A program made the position numbers and the translations under genes. Source: the human T2T-CHM13v2.0 reference genome, Homo sapiens. Taken from it: 64,000 nt of DNA. Position 1 is the stretch's first letter; every line of letters starts with the position of its first letter. Of the stretch, positions 43,723 through 63,793 are shown piece by piece. Location: the NCBI RefSeq assembly GCF_009914755.1, contig NC_060929.1. One strand, written 5' to 3'. A model generated the notes under the pieces. It was given only the letters and a program-made list of their open reading frames with translations, had not been told where the DNA came from and searched no databases.

Positions 43723-46708
43723 GTAAGACTCATCTTTGTTTCCTCCTTACTAACTAACAGTTTGAGTTCTTTAGCTACAATGGTTGCAGCATAATGGAAT
43801 GAAGGCATCTTTGTCGTTTCCATTCCTTTGGCTTCTCCTAGCCTCAGCCTGGGGAAGGATCAGGCGCTGTGGAAACAATTATAGTAGCCCCCAAATAATG
43901 GAAACACGGGTGTTGAAGACGCACCGTGATCGTTGACGGGGACACACCTAACGTGTTAAGGTGAATAAATTCAGTGTTTCTCCCAGATGGGCTGAGTGGT
44001 GTAGGCAGGGTTATTGGAGCACCAAGGTTGCTGACATGGATGTCCATCTGGGAAGAGACACAGTTAGGATTTTTGGGGAAAAGACAATGTATCCAGCTAA
44101 AGACATGCTGAGTTAGAAATGTCTGTGGTATGAGACACGAGGGTGGAGGAAGGTGTACAGGTCTTGAGGTGAGAAATTAGCTGAAACCTGGCATATTCTG
44201 GGAAGAAATCCACTCTTCTTTCTCCTTCCAGTTACTGTTAACACAGAACCTAGTATATAGGATGTTGAGTGACTGAATACAATTCACAGAGGAAGCTTGA
44301 GGTTGGGGTAGAATGCTGGTGGCTAGATGGTCAGTACCCAGCCACAGAAGATTCGATTGACTGTGTTCACTTTCTGTCTGTGAAGGTTCATCCTGCCACC
44401 TGTCCACCTATATCTTTTTTGCTAAATGAAGCTAAGAAAACAGAAATAAGGGCAATCAAAACATAGAGCATGTTTCCTTAAAACAAAAACCCATATGTGT
44501 TACTAACAGGAGACGCTCTCGTTTCAGTTTGTTTTCATTTATTTTCTGACGAGCTTCTTTGTTTCCCTTCTGTTTCCGGGTGAGGCAGCAGGACATCCTG
44601 GAAATGATCTTGGAGACAGAAACATTTTATTTTTAAAAACTCTTATTTCATTTTCTTGTGAGCTTTATTGTTCACAGCTTCCTTAGGTGTTGGTTTGCTT
44701 ATGATGACATGGAGATACGATCACATTCCTGCTGGGGCTGTGGTGAGGACTGCATGAGCTTGTGCATGTAGAGTGCACACAGCTGCACGGGTGCATGGCA
44801 TGTTGCAGCAACAGTCTTGTTCCTTTCTTATTTTCAAGGGAAGGAAGTGGAAGGAGTGAAAGGAGATGTTATAGGCAAGAGAGGTGACAGCAGCAAGGGC
44901 TGGCCGGAGAAATGGAGGTACCCTGAAAAATGTTTCCTTGCCTCAAGAGCCCCACACAGCCCTGAAGGCAGCATCCATAGCAGCCCAGCTGGCATACGCT
45001 GGGTCCCCAAACCTGACCTAAGACAAGGGCCTTCCTGCCAGTGATTCGTTGAGCAGGTGATTCTGGGAAACAAAGTGAGGGAGTGGAGAGAGTGAAGCCA
45101 GTAGGGGGAAAGCCATAGAGGGTGCGCTAATGAGCGTTGCTGCGGTGGCAACTGGGACCCAGTCCCACTGGGACCTTTGGAGGAACTTTATAGATGGTGG
45201 CTCAGAGTCATTCCAACATCTACTGTCTCCTTTCCCCACTGGGTGAGATGTGCCGCCCAGGACTGCTAAAATCGCAAACCTTCTGAGCTGCCTTGTGCCA
45301 GGGCTAAGTAGGTTCCAAGGGTGGCAGGAAGCCCTCAGCAGAGAGGCAGAGGCCAGGCTCCAGGGACGGAGCTGTCAGCAGGCAGGGAAATGCCCATCCC
45401 ACTGCAGGGGGACTCAGGGTTGGGTGGTGAGGAGCAGGGCCTCAACATCTGCTACACCAGGTCAGAAGCTGGTCAGACACCAGGCTGCAAAGTCATGCCT
45501 CATTTAATAATACTCTTAAAGATGCATGAGTGAAATACATTTCAGCAAGATTTATAAAATGTAATTAAACTAAAAAATTAGTGCTAAAATGAAAAAGTAT
45601 CCACTGATCTAGAAATTCACACATGTAATTCACCTTCCCTCTGATGCACATGCAGACAGCACACACAGGTATATCCATATACCATAAATGGATACATGTG
45701 AATGAATCAAGAGACACTGCCAGTCAAAGGGGGTGGGTACTTAGAAGGTGAAGGGAGTGGGCCTCCATAGTCTGTGGTCTCTAAGAAGCAGTGTAATCCT
45801 TACAGGGTAGTAAGAGTGATTTACACCAGGAAAATTACTCAAATGATTGTTAAACAGATGAGCAAGTAAGAAAGGAAATGGGGCTCACCGTTCACATGCA
45901 TAACTGTGGAGCCTGTTCTGTGTGACTGGCTCTGTGCTGATCAAGTGGGTACTATGCTGAGCAAGAAAATCAGGCCCTGTCCCCAGAGAGCCAAGAGCTG
46001 TGCAGGGGAGGCTCACAGAAAACATGTAATTGTCACACTTGAAGCAAGACAATGAAGAAAGTTTCAAAAGCGAGGTGAGGACATACATGTACCAAGAATT
46101 TTTTTTAAAAAAAATGAAGGCAAGACATGTTGACAAAGCACTAGGCGAACCACCTTTCAGTGCTAAAATAAAGTGGAAAAAATTACTACACAAGCGTAAA
46201 AGGCACATGCTATGGAAAATATAAGTCACACGTGAACGTGCTAAAGAACAAATTTACAGAAAACAGACTGCAAAATCTTGTTTCAGTGTCACAGCATGTC
46301 TTTCAGAACTTGGCAGAACAAGCAGATTTTCAAAAAAAACTAAGGAAGTACAAATAATTGTGTGCGCCATGGGCAGAAATGTAACATTCCTCTATAGTAG
46401 CCATAAAATATTGATATAATATTGTGCTTGAAGGAAACCTTAACGAATTGCCGCAAACTGGAGACTTTATGGCCCATACTCTTCTCTGGGCCATTAGAAA
46501 GACGTCAACTTTGGTTTTCAGCAAGGACGATGGAAATGGGGATGTTTGGGTTTTTTTTTTAATTGAAGCAAATGGGCAGATGGGAGAGAATGTGGCAATA
46601 GAACCTCCTGGAATCAAAGGGTCTACATTCAGAAAGAGACTTTTTCCTCTGGATAACATGGTTTTCTCATCTTAAAAATAAAAACATTAATAATACACAT
46701 TTCTGCAG

Positions 46709-46759
46709 GTGCTCCTCAAGATCGAATGAAGTAACTGATGTGGACATGGTTTGTCAAAT
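46709..46759 (+). other. BTNL8: Candidate 51-nt alternative cassette exon of BTNL8
   Basis: tttctgcAG acceptor and T|GTAAGG donor, phase 1-1. Contains in-frame TAA (46732) followed by in-frame ATG (46738, MWTWFVK). Confidence 0.6.
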
Positions 46760-46884
46760 GTAAGGAGATACACAAATGCAAGTCACTGGCTTTAGAAATA
46801 GGATTGTGATGAATGTTTCCCCCTGATGCACATCTCCAGCCCAGCCCAATGGAGCCCTGAGTAGGTCACACTATAAAGGGTTTT

Positions 46885-52901
<6,017 letters not shown>

Positions 52902-52948
52902 CACTACAAAGGGTTTTGATGATTTATCTTTTGTATGTCTTCCCACAG

Positions 52949-53296
52949 GGCAGTGGCAGGTGTTTGGGCCAGACAAGCCTGTCCAGGCCTTGGTGGGGGA
53001 GGACGCAGCATTCTCCTGTTTCCTGTCTCCTAAGACCAATGCAGAGGCCATGGAAGTGCGGTTCTTCAGGGGCCAGTTCTCTAGCGTGGTCCACCTCTAC
53101 AGGGACGGGAAGGACCAGCCATTTATGCAGATGCCACAGTATCAAGGCAGGACAAAACTGGTGAAGGATTCTATTGCGGAGGGGCGCATCTCTCTGAGGC
53201 TGGAAAACATTACTGTGTTGGATGCTGGCCTCTATGGGTGCAGGATTAGTTCCCAGTCTTACTACCAGAAGGCCATCTGGGAGCTACAGGTGTCAG
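52949..53296 (+). CDS. BTNL8: BTNL8 exon 2, IgV domain
   Basis: tcttcccacAG acceptor; 348 nt, phase 1-1. Encodes [28 protein letters not shown]...[25 protein letters not shown] with both IgV cysteines, the DxGxYxC motif and an NIT sequon; ends CAG|GTCAGT. Confidence 0.97.
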
Positions 53297-54200
53297 GTCA
53301 GTTTCATATTTCATAACTTAGTTGTCCCAAAGAACCATCCTGGACTTTATAAGTGTTTTTTTCAATAAGGAAATTTTAAAATTTTAGGTCATTTAGTTAG
53401 AAGGCAGCATTCTATACTCTACGTTCCTTCTGTCTTGTGTGTATAGTTCTATGTGTTTTGTCACATGTTTAAATTCAGGTAACCACCATCACATCAAGGT
53501 ATAGAACTACCCCATCATCACGAAGATCTCCCTCTGTCACCCCTTCATGGTCACACCCACCCCTTCTCAGCCCCTGCCTGGGGTTTTCCATCTCCCTGAT
53601 GCTGTAATTTCAAGAATGTTACATACACAGCTTCACACCGCAGGTGACCTTTTGAGATTGACTTTTTAAATTCAGCATAATGCTCTTGCGATCTATCCAA
53701 ATTATTGCTTGTATCGATACTTTATTTCTTTTTTTTCCCCACTGTCAAAATAGTTTTCCTTATGAACATTTATTTTTAAATTAACAAATAAAGATTCCTG
53801 CTCACTTGTCCTACAAATTTTTTGTTTATCTGATACAGCAGGGAGCAAACGTCAGCTCCAGGAAGCTGTGACTTCCCCTGACAATCAGTTGCTCAATGCT
53901 CTGTGTTAACTTGACCATACTTCCATAGTCACACCCTTCACAGTGAAATGTATTTGACGGGGCTGGGTGCAGTGGCTCAAGCCCGTAATCCCAACACCTT
54001 GAGAGGCTGAGACAGGAGGATTGCTTGAGTCCAGGAGCTCGAGACCAGCCTGGGCATATGGTAAGACCTCATCTCTATTAAAAAAAAAAAAAAAAGAAGA
54101 TGAAAGAAGGAAAAAACAGAAATTTATTGTTTACAGTTGTTGCCGTGTGCAGTCAGTGAGTTGTGAATAATCTGTGTCCTGATTAAAAACCTGTGAGTGG

Positions 54201-54287
54201 GGCTGCTCTGACGGTAGTGGATTATCCGAACTTAGTAGTGTCACTACAATTGGCATACGACTCCCCACTGCTAAATTTGACTAACTT
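54201..54287 (+). pseudogene. Y4 RNA (RNY4) retropseudogene in BTNL8 intron 2
   Basis: GGCTGCTCTGACGGTAGTGGATTATCCGAACTTA...AGTGTCACTA...CCCCACTGCTAAATTTGACT matches hY4 as recalled, with a short internal deletion; degenerate TSD AAAAACC(AC)TRTGAGTG. Confidence 0.85.
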
Positions 54288-54553
54288 AAATTTTTTTAAA
54301 AACCACTATGAGTGATATTTCAGGCCTGATGATAGGCAATTTTCAAAAGCGTTTCCTGGAAGGCCTCCTCCTCATAGCAGACTTGGAGTACAACCAATGC
54401 TTTGCAGTCTCTGAGGAGAGTTTCAGGTGAGCCCTCAGGCCCGGCTAAGCTGTCCTGGTCTTTACATATTTGCATTTCTAGCCCAGGCATTTTAATTCTC
54501 AGAATCTCAGGCCTTGGGCAGGACTTTCAAGTGCCTTATAACAAGGAGGAGAA

Positions 54554-55078
54554 TGTGGAGTCCTAATTAGGGAAAAGGAGTCAGGCTGGCAGGACCAGGT
54601 GAAAGCAAAAAGAAAAAAAAAAAGAGGAAATAAACTATAAACATGCCTTTCTTCATGTCTAGAAAATTTAAACAAAAGAGACAGCAGATAAGCTACAGGT
54701 CTGCCTTTCTTCGTCATCCTGGACATACAGTCCAGGATATATGGCCCAGAACATTTGGCCTTCCTGCCCAGATAACATACATAACTCACAGACTTCCTGC
54801 TTATCATCAAACACCTCAATTTATCAAATATCCCAGCTGACAAAAGAATATAAGTTAGGCTCCCTGCTACCTTGGCATTATCGATCAGCCCAAGCTCCAT
54901 TCTATAAAATCCCTGAGACTTTTTTTTCTTGCAGTTAGCTTCCCTCATGCTAACTTGCCTATTGCCTTCCTTGCAAAGTACTTTCCTACTTTCTCTAATA
55001 AATCTGCCTTTCTCTACCTACAACCATCTTGGTAAATTCTTTTACCCCCACACCACTGGCTGCCATTCCCCCATGACA
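54554..55078 (+). mobile_element. Solo LTR (LTR47-like) in BTNL8 intron 2
   Basis: TG...CA termini, TATAAAA at about 54903 and AATAAA at about 54997; family name is from memory. Confidence 0.55.
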
Positions 55079-55701
55079 GAAAAGGCAAACTCCAAGACAC
55101 TTTTCTCTACTCTGTCTTAGTATCCAGTATCTTACCCTCTAATTCCTCCTCCCTACACCTCCTCCTGAGCTCAGGATTCATAAAGCTGTGAAGCCTTTTG
55201 TTCAGCACTCCATCACTAGTGAGTCAGCCCCACACGTGTGATGATCCATCTGCCCCTCAACTGGAATTCCATTTCATGGGGGAGGATGAGACAGGGAGGG
55301 GTTGGCATCTTCCTTGGTTTAGCTCTTACTTTTGTAGCAACTGATTAGAGGCTTCACTATTACTTTAATTCGGGTCATCGTTCCTTTGGTCTGTTACTCC
55401 TACGCCTGGCGGCTCAGCACTCTCTCTACTTTAGCTGAGCTCCTGACAAGTTTCTCATAGAAGCAGTTTTGTCTTACTTCATCATGACTGGTGCTTAGGA
55501 ATAGCCACGCATACACAGTAGTTGCTAAAAAATGGCAACGAACAGAGGCCATGGGAAGGCTTTTGCCAAAGGTCGTGGTTTTAGTGTTTGTGTGTGTAAG
55601 AGAGAGAATGGGTGGGGGGTGGACTGAATGCACCTGACTCAGAATTGCTGTGGCTTTGGGATGTGATCTTTGCTTTCAACCGTTCCCTGTTTTCTCCCCA
55701 G

Positions 55702-55977
55702 CACTGGGCTCAGTTCCTCTCATTTCCATCACGGGATATGTTGATAGAGACATCCAGCTACTCTGTCAGTCCTCGGGCTGGTTCCCCCGGCCCACAGCGA
55801 AGTGGAAAGGTCCACAAGGACAGGATTTGTCCACAGACTCCAGGACAAACAGAGACATGCATGGCCTGTTTGATGTGGAGATCTCTCTGACCGTCCAAGA
55901 GAACGCCGGGAGCATATCCTGTTCCATGCGGCATGCTCATCTGAGCCGAGAGGTGGAATCCAGGGTACAGATAGGAG
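55702..55977 (+). CDS. BTNL8: BTNL8 exon 3, IgC-like domain
   Basis: tttctccccAG acceptor; 276 nt, phase 1-1. Encodes [31 protein letters not shown]...[22 protein letters not shown] with the butyrophilin CxSxGWFPxP motif; ends GAG|GTGAGT. TM and B30.2 exons are not in the window. Confidence 0.97.
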
Positions 55978-56218
55978 GTGAGTAGGGAGGGGAGGAGAAG
56001 AGAAGGAGGGGTGGATGCTTCGGTAACTCAGAGGGAGGACAGGAGCCTCCATCTTGGCATTGCTGTTTTATCTTTCTCAGTTCTAATGATTTATTTTAAA
56101 AGTTTAAAATCAATGAGATGTAAAAGTAAAGTTATAAACATTTGGTTAGGTGGAAATAGAATTGTTTACAATTCCAGGGGAGTAGAATTAAGTATTTCCT
56201 TCAGCTGTGACGTAACCC

Positions 56219-58260
56219 TGTGATGGTTAATTTTTTGGGTCCACTTGACTGGGTCACGATTTGCTCAGATTTGGTCAAGTATTATTCAGGATGCTTCTGT
56301 GAGGGTGTTTACACATAAGATTCACATTTGAATTGGTAAACTGAGTAAAGAAGATTGCCCTCCATAATGCGGGTGGGCTTATCCAATCAGCTGAAGACCT
56401 GAATAGAACAAAGGGTCGACCCTCCCCTGAGTGAGAGAATGATCTTGCATAGTAGCCTTTTAACTGGGACACTGGCTCTTCCTGGCCTCAGAGCAGGCTG
56501 CTGGCCTTCAGACTCAAACTGAACCACTGGCTCTTTCTATGTCTTGAGCCTGCGGACTTTTGGACAGGAGTGACACCATTGGCTCTTCTGGTTCTCAGGT
56601 CTTCTGGTTTCAACGTAAATGAACCATTGGCTCTCCTGGGGCTCCAGATTGCTGACTCACCCATGAGTTGGGACCTAAAAGAGCTTCCATGATGTATGCA
56701 AGCCAATTCTTTATACTAAATCTGTCTCTCCTCTTCCTTTCTCTCTTTATCTCCATCTTTCTCTCTCAAATATATAGAAACAACAGGATGTATATATATA
56801 TATATATGTATGTGTGTATACATCCTAGTGGTTCTGTTACTCTGGAGAACTCTCACTAATACAGATTTGGTACCAAGAGTATTTCTAGAGAAAAAGAATT
56901 TTAGGGATAACTTTTCAGTCATCCCTAAAATTCTAAAATTCTCTGAGCTGGGATTACTGTGTACACCTGTAGTCCCAGCTACTCAGGAGGCTGAGGTGGG
57001 AGGATCACTTGAGCCTAGGAGTTTGAGGCCAGCCTACACAACATAGCAAGACCCCGTCTTCAAACAAACAAAACAAAAAGCACTGAAAGTTCATGTTGTG
57101 ATCTAGCAATACAGATATGCAAAATTTCACCATTTGCGACCCATAATTAAGCATGGGTTGACTGGTATATGATATTTTCAAACATGTGTGTCGACCTAGT
57201 GAATAAGATGAGATTGGCTGGTTGCTCCTATTCTTGCTAGAAAAAGTGAGGAAAGTGATGAAAGGAAATATGAGCGGAGGAATTTGAATTCTGAGTTTCT
57301 TGGTGTTGCATAAATAACCTGAAAGCTTCCATGAGTGCCCTGAAAGAGACCCTTATTTTCTGTAGCCACAGGGCTAAGATTGCTGAAAACCAAATTGAGA
57401 ACTCATTCTGTGACTGGCTGAACGACAATGGAAATCCAAACCTGTTCCTCAGGGTATCTGTCAATGTGAGGGGGCATTGACTGGGAAGAAATGAGATTCA
57501 GAAAGTTGAAATGGGGATGTATGGGAAGACTGATGAAGCTGGGGACATTGAGCCTCAAATGCTGATGAGTCTTTGCCAGTGAAAGCAGTCTCAGTCTCTC
57601 TATGTCAATTAGAAGTAGCCTCTCCACCTTCATCTCAGGGGATTAACCCTGCATTGCCCAAAGAAACTGTAATGGCCTCTTTCCTGAGGCAGTCACCATG
57701 CAAGACAATGCTGATGCTACGCAGGACCCACCCCTACCATTCCTCTTTGCTTCTAGATCTGTACCTAGGCTCAAGTTTCAGCAGGACCCTAAAGTTGGAA
57801 ACAATGCATGACTCATTAGAAAGTGTACTACACTCCAAAAGAGCTAGTTGGTTTTTCTAATCTATACAGACCAGAAATCCAGAGAATCCATGTCAAATGA
57901 TATTAAGGGTGTAAGGTGGTGGTACAAGGACGTAAGGTTGGCTCAAACCACATGTAATGGCCTCACTAATCAGAGATCCTGCATTTAATGTTGCAGCTCA
58001 GAGTGTTAGAAAGGCCTCTATCGTTTGGTTGGCTGAAGCATGGATCAAAATGTGGCCCACAGAGAGTGACAGGTGGGCATGCTGTTAGGAGCCTTTGCCA
58101 GGCCCCTGTAAGTGAATCATGGCACAGGCCCTCAGGATTGAGAAGCAGAGCCCTGCCATTCTCTACGAATAACTACTCTTCTTTTGAAAAATACATCTTG
58201 GGCTAGACCTTAGGAAAGACTGAACACTTAATCATGGGCCGCCAAGTTGCAATGTGACTT
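56219..58260 (+). mobile_element. MLT2 LTR (56219-56863) plus degenerate ERVL internal sequence, with an Alu monomer insert
   Basis: TGTGATGGTTAAT...CTAATACA followed by GATTTGGTACCAAGAG, typical of an ERVL internal start. Confidence 0.7.
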
Positions 58261-61045
58261 GAATCAGTAAGAATATAGAATACTTGAACTAAAAATTAAC
58301 AAACCCAATTTAATAGATATTCTTAGAAGGCTGCACCCACCACAAAGCATTGGAAGCACACACAGACCATAAATTAACTCTCATCAGGCTCAAGCACATA
58401 AAATGCTTTACAAAAACTTTGAAGAAAATGGTATTGCGATATGGTTTTAGTGTTGTGTCTTCTCCAAAATTCATGTTGAAACGAAATCCCCAATGCAGCA
58501 CTATTAAGAGGTGGGCTTTTTAGGAGGTGATTAAGTCCTGAGGACTATGCCCATATGAATGGGTTAGTGCCTTATAAAAGGATTTAAGGGGGTGAACTTA
58601 CCCTTTCCACCCCTTCTGCCATGTGAGGGACACAGTGTTCATCGCCTTCAGGGGACACAGCAACAAGGTGCCATCTTGAAACAGAGGACAGTCCTCATCA
58701 GATGCCAAATCTATTGATACTTGACCTTGGACTTCCCAGCCTCCAGAACTATGAGAAATACATTTCTATTGTTTACAAATGAGCCAGTCTGTAGTATTTT
58801 GTTATAGCAGCACAAATGGACAAAGACTGGTATGATTCAAACGATGATTTCTAATCACAATATAATTAAATTCAATGAGAAAAAGAAAAACAATTTAATA
58901 TTCATATATGTTTGAAACTTTCAAAACATACTTCAAAAATAACTAAGTGGTCATTGAAAAAGTCATAATGATAATTAAAAGTGTCTTAGGACTGAATGAT
59001 AATGAAACTATACATACAAACTATCACACAACTATACCTTTTAAGAAGTGACATGATTAGGATGGTGAAATGGAGTTTTCAGTTCTCAAACTCCCACAGA
59101 AACACTAATTTTAACAACTACCATGAACAAAAGTATTTTTGTAGGAGTCTAGGAAGCCACTTGAGAGGTTCCAACTGGTTGGTCAGGCAAAAAAGCCAAG
59201 AACAGATGCATGGAGGAAGGTAAGAACTGTTTCCTTCTACCCGCCTCACTGCTCTTCCGAGGTAACTCAGTGCCAAGAGAGACTCCCTCAGCCCACAATT
59301 TTTGCCATGGGGAAAGTGAGAGCAAAGTGAATGTCCAGATTCCCCAGGCTTGTGGGATGCTGCCCAGGAAACCCATTTCTGTCTCACTTAATGCAGAACA
59401 CTGAGGGGACCATGTGGCTGAATCATCTGGGGGCAGCTAGGAGTAGGGAAAGAGGAGGGGGCTTATGGCAGCCAGTGCATGGACCTGAACAACAAGCAGC
59501 AGAACCTACTGGCCAGCCCCTGCACTCTACTAGAGGCCCACCTCACAACCTGCTGACTACCCAACCAGCTGATATGTGCCCCCAGCCCTCCACACACCAC
59601 CCCTGTGGCTAGAACCTCTTGGTCCATCACAGTGGGGCACGTGCTTCCCTGCAGACAGGGTGCCTGAGCCTCAGCAGATGTGCATACAAACTTCTGCAGT
59701 CAGAACACAGATAGCAATCAGCTTGACTCTGCTGGATTGAGAGAAGGTGCACAATCTTGAGTATTTTAGGGAATTGCCCTAGGGATAAATAAATGCAAGG
59801 CTCTCAGCAGCCAGCCTGCTTTGCAGGACTGAGAAAAGAAAATCCCAAGACTTCCTCTCACCAAGAAGGAACGAGAAAAGTAAAGCAGGTACATCCATAA
59901 AAAAGATCTGAGAGACTTCCAGAGTATCTAGCCAGGCTGACTGGTCAAGGTCTTTGTCTACCAAAGTCTGCCAGTACAGACTAGAGGAGGAGGAGTGACA
60001 GAAAGACAAAATATACTGTCAAACAGATTCACAGCACATTAAAAGATTCATTTACCATGATTAAGTGAGCTTTATCCTTGGAACATAAGGATGGTTCAAC
60101 ATATGCAAATCAATAAATATTACACTAACAGAATGAAAGACAAAAACAATATGATCATCTCAATAGATGCAGAAAAAGCATTTGACAACATTCAACACCC
60201 TTTCATGACAAAACCAACTTTCAATAAATTAGGTATAGAAGCAATGTAGCTCAACACAATAAAGGCCATACGTAACATGCCCACAGAGCATATACCCAGT
60301 GGTTGTCTTAGTCCACTTTATGCTGCTGTACCAGAATACCTGAGATTGGGTAATTGATAATGAACAGAGGTTTATTTGGCTCATGGTCGTGGAGGCTGGG
60401 AAGTCTAAGATCAAGGGGTCACATCCTGTGAGGGCCTTCTAGTTGTGTAATTCCATGGAGGAAGGTAGAATGGCAAGAGAGTAAGAAAGAGGAAGGAAGC
60501 TGCTTCTGCAAAAATGGCATTAATCCACTCACGAGGGCAGGATCCTCATGGCCTTGTCACCTCTTAAGGGTCCCACCTGTCAACATTATTGCATTGGGGA
60601 TTAAGTTTTCAACACATAAACTCTGGGGATACATTGAAACCACAGTGATGATGAAAAATTTTTAAACAATAGCGAAATCTATGGAATGTAGCAAAACCAG
60701 TTCTAAAAGTTTATAGCTATAAATATCTACATTAAGAAAAAAGAAAGATCTCAAATGAACAACCTAAGTTTATACCTCAAGAAATTAGAAAAAGAAAAAA
60801 CTAAGCCAAAATTTAGCAGAAGGAAGGAAAAAATAATAATTAGAGCAGAAATAAATGAAATAGAAAAACAATAAAAAGATCAATAAAACTAAATGTTGTT
60901 TATTTGAAAAGATAAGTAAAATTGACAAGCCTTTACCTAGATTAACCAAGAAAAAAAGAGCTGACTCAAATAAATAGAATTATAAATAAAAGATGATACA
61001 TTACAACTGGTACCACAGAAATAAATATAAAATGTCATGAGACTA

Positions 61046-61322
61046 TCGTAGTTCTCCCTTATCCACAGGGGTTACATTCCAAGATCCCCAGTGAATGCCA
61101 CAAACCACGTACAGTACCAAACCCTATATATGCTATTTTTCATGTCTCAAATGGAACAGAGCAGGATGATAGAGATTTCATCATGCTACTCAGAATGGTG
61201 TGCAATTTAAAACTTACAAATTGTTTATTTATGAAATTTTTCATTCAATATTTTTGGGCCACAATTGATCACGAGTAACTGAAATCATGAAAAGTGAAAC
61301 CAAAGACAAGGTTAGACTACGG
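61046..61322. mobile_element. MER44/Tigger7-type DNA transposon remnant
   Basis: GTAGTTCTCCCTTATCCACAGGGG...TTCCAAGATCCCC left end and degenerate inverted right end GACAAGGTTAGACTAC. Confidence 0.65.
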
Positions 61323-61920
61323 CACTATGAAAAATCATAGGCCAACAAACCAGATAACCTAGCAGAAACCAAAGACAAGGTTAGACTACGGCACTATGAA
61401 AAATCATAGGTCAACAAACTGGATAACCTAGCGGAAACCAAAGACAAGGTTAGACTATGGCACTATGAAAAGTCATAGGCCAACAAACTGGATAACCTAG
61501 CAGAAACCAAAGACAAGGTTAGACTACGGCACTATGAAAAATCATAGGCCAACAAACTGGATAACCTAGCAGAAACCAAAGACAAGGTTAGACTACGGCA
61601 CTATGAAAAATCATAGGCCAACAAACTGGATAACCTAGCAGAAACCAAAGACAAGGTTAGACTATGGCACTATGAAAAATCATAGGCCAACAAACTGGAT
61701 AACCTAGCAGAAACCAAAGACAAGGTTAGACTACGGCACTATGAAAAATCATAGGCCAACAAACTGGATAACCTAGCAGAAACCAAAGACAAGGTTAGAC
61801 TACGGCACTATGAAAAATCATAGGCCAACAAACTGGATAACCTAGCAGAAACCAAAGACAAGGTTAGACTACGGCACTATGAAAAATTACAGGCCAACAA
61901 ATTGGATAACCTAGCAGAAA
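61296..61920. repeat. Tandem repeat, 9 copies of a 69-bp unit
   Basis: Unit GAAACCAAAGACAAGGTTAGACTACGGCACTATGAAAAATCATAGGCCAACAAACTGGATAACCTAGCA starts at 61296, 61365, 61434, 61503, 61572, 61641, 61710, 61779 and 61848. Confidence 0.97.
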
Positions 61921-62100
61921 TGGATACATTCCTAGAAACATACAACCTATAAAAACTGAATCAGAATAATTTAAAAAAAATACCAGACCAGTAATTAGTT
62001 AGAAATACAATTGATAATCAAAATCCTCCCAACAAAGAAAATTCCATGACCAGATGGCTCTGCTGGTGAATTCTGCAAAATATTTAAAGAAAAATTAACA

Positions 62101-62487
<387 letters not shown>

Positions 62488-62894
62488 TCATTTTATGAGG
62501 CCACAGTTACCCTGATACAAAAACCATATAAGAACACCATAAAAAAGAAGAAAATTACATGCCAATATCCCTGATAAACATAGATGCAAACATTTCCAAC
62601 AAATATTAGCCAACCAAATTCATGATAAAAAGAATAATTACAAAGTACATTAAAAGAAACATTAAACGTATCCCCATGATCAAGTGGGATTTATCTCTGG
62701 GATGCAAGAATGTTTCAACACACGCAAATAAATAAATATAATATATGACATTAACAGAATGAAGAACAAATAATGTATAATTATGTTAACAAACGCAGAG
62801 AAAGCATTTGACAATATTCAGCATCTTTTCATAATAAAAGTCAACAGACTAGGTAACAAAAGAATGTACCTCAACATAATAAAGATCACATATG

Positions 62895-63793
62895 TGTCAA
62901 CAAAAAGAGTCAAACTCTATAAAACATTTAAAGAGGTTTATTCTGGGCCAAATGTGAGTGACCAAAGCCCAAGGCATAGTCTCAACAAGTCCTGAGAACA
63001 TGTGCCCAAGGTGGTTGAGTTACAGCTTGATTTTATGTTTTAAGGGGACAGAAATTACAGACAGACATCAATCAATATATGTAAGGTGTACACTGGTTTG
63101 GTCTAGAAAGGCAGGACAACTTGAAATGGGGGCTTCCAAGTAATAGGTAGATTAGAAGATTTTCTGGTTGGCAAATGGTTGTGAGTTATCTAAAAGACCT
63201 GGAATCCATAGAAAAGAGTGTCTAGATTAGGATAGGGGGTTGTGGAGACCAAGGTTCTTACATGTAGATGAAGTCTCATAAGTGGCGACCCTTAGAGGCA
63301 ATAGGTGGCAAATGTTTCATATTCAGATCTTTAAAAATTGCTAGACTCTCAGCTAATCAGTCTCTTCGGGATCAGACAAAGACCTGGAAAGGGAAATTTA
63401 CATTCTGTAGAGAATTTACATTTCCCCCACCAGAGGCAGCTTTGCCAGGCTATTTCAAAATATGTCAAAGAAATATGCTTTGGGGTAAAATATTTTAAAT
63501 TCTTTCAGGGCCTGCTATCTGTCATGTGATGCTATATGATAGTCCAGTTGGGATTTGGTATCTTATTGCTACAAAGAGTCTGTTTTGTCAGTCTTAAGAC
63601 CTCTGTTGTAATGTTAATGCTGCTCAGTTGTTCCTGAACTCCAAAGGGAAGAGGACATAATGAGGCATGTCCAACCTCACCTTCCCATCATGGCCTGGAC
63701 TAGTCCTTCAGGTTTACTTGGGAATTCCCTTTCTTGAGAAGAGGGGGTCCATTCAGTTGACTGGGAAGCTTAGAATTTTATTTTTGGTTTACA
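62895..63793. mobile_element. MER4-family ERV1 solo LTR
   Basis: TGTCAACAAAAAGAGTCAAACTCT...TTTTTGGTTTACA termini interrupting L1 sequence; TATG/TATT flanks. Confidence 0.75.

Noticed and set aside
61296-61920. CRISPR-like array or coding repeat
   Set aside because: Units are contiguous with no unique spacers, there are no cas genes, the context is primate, and all six frames of the common unit contain stops.
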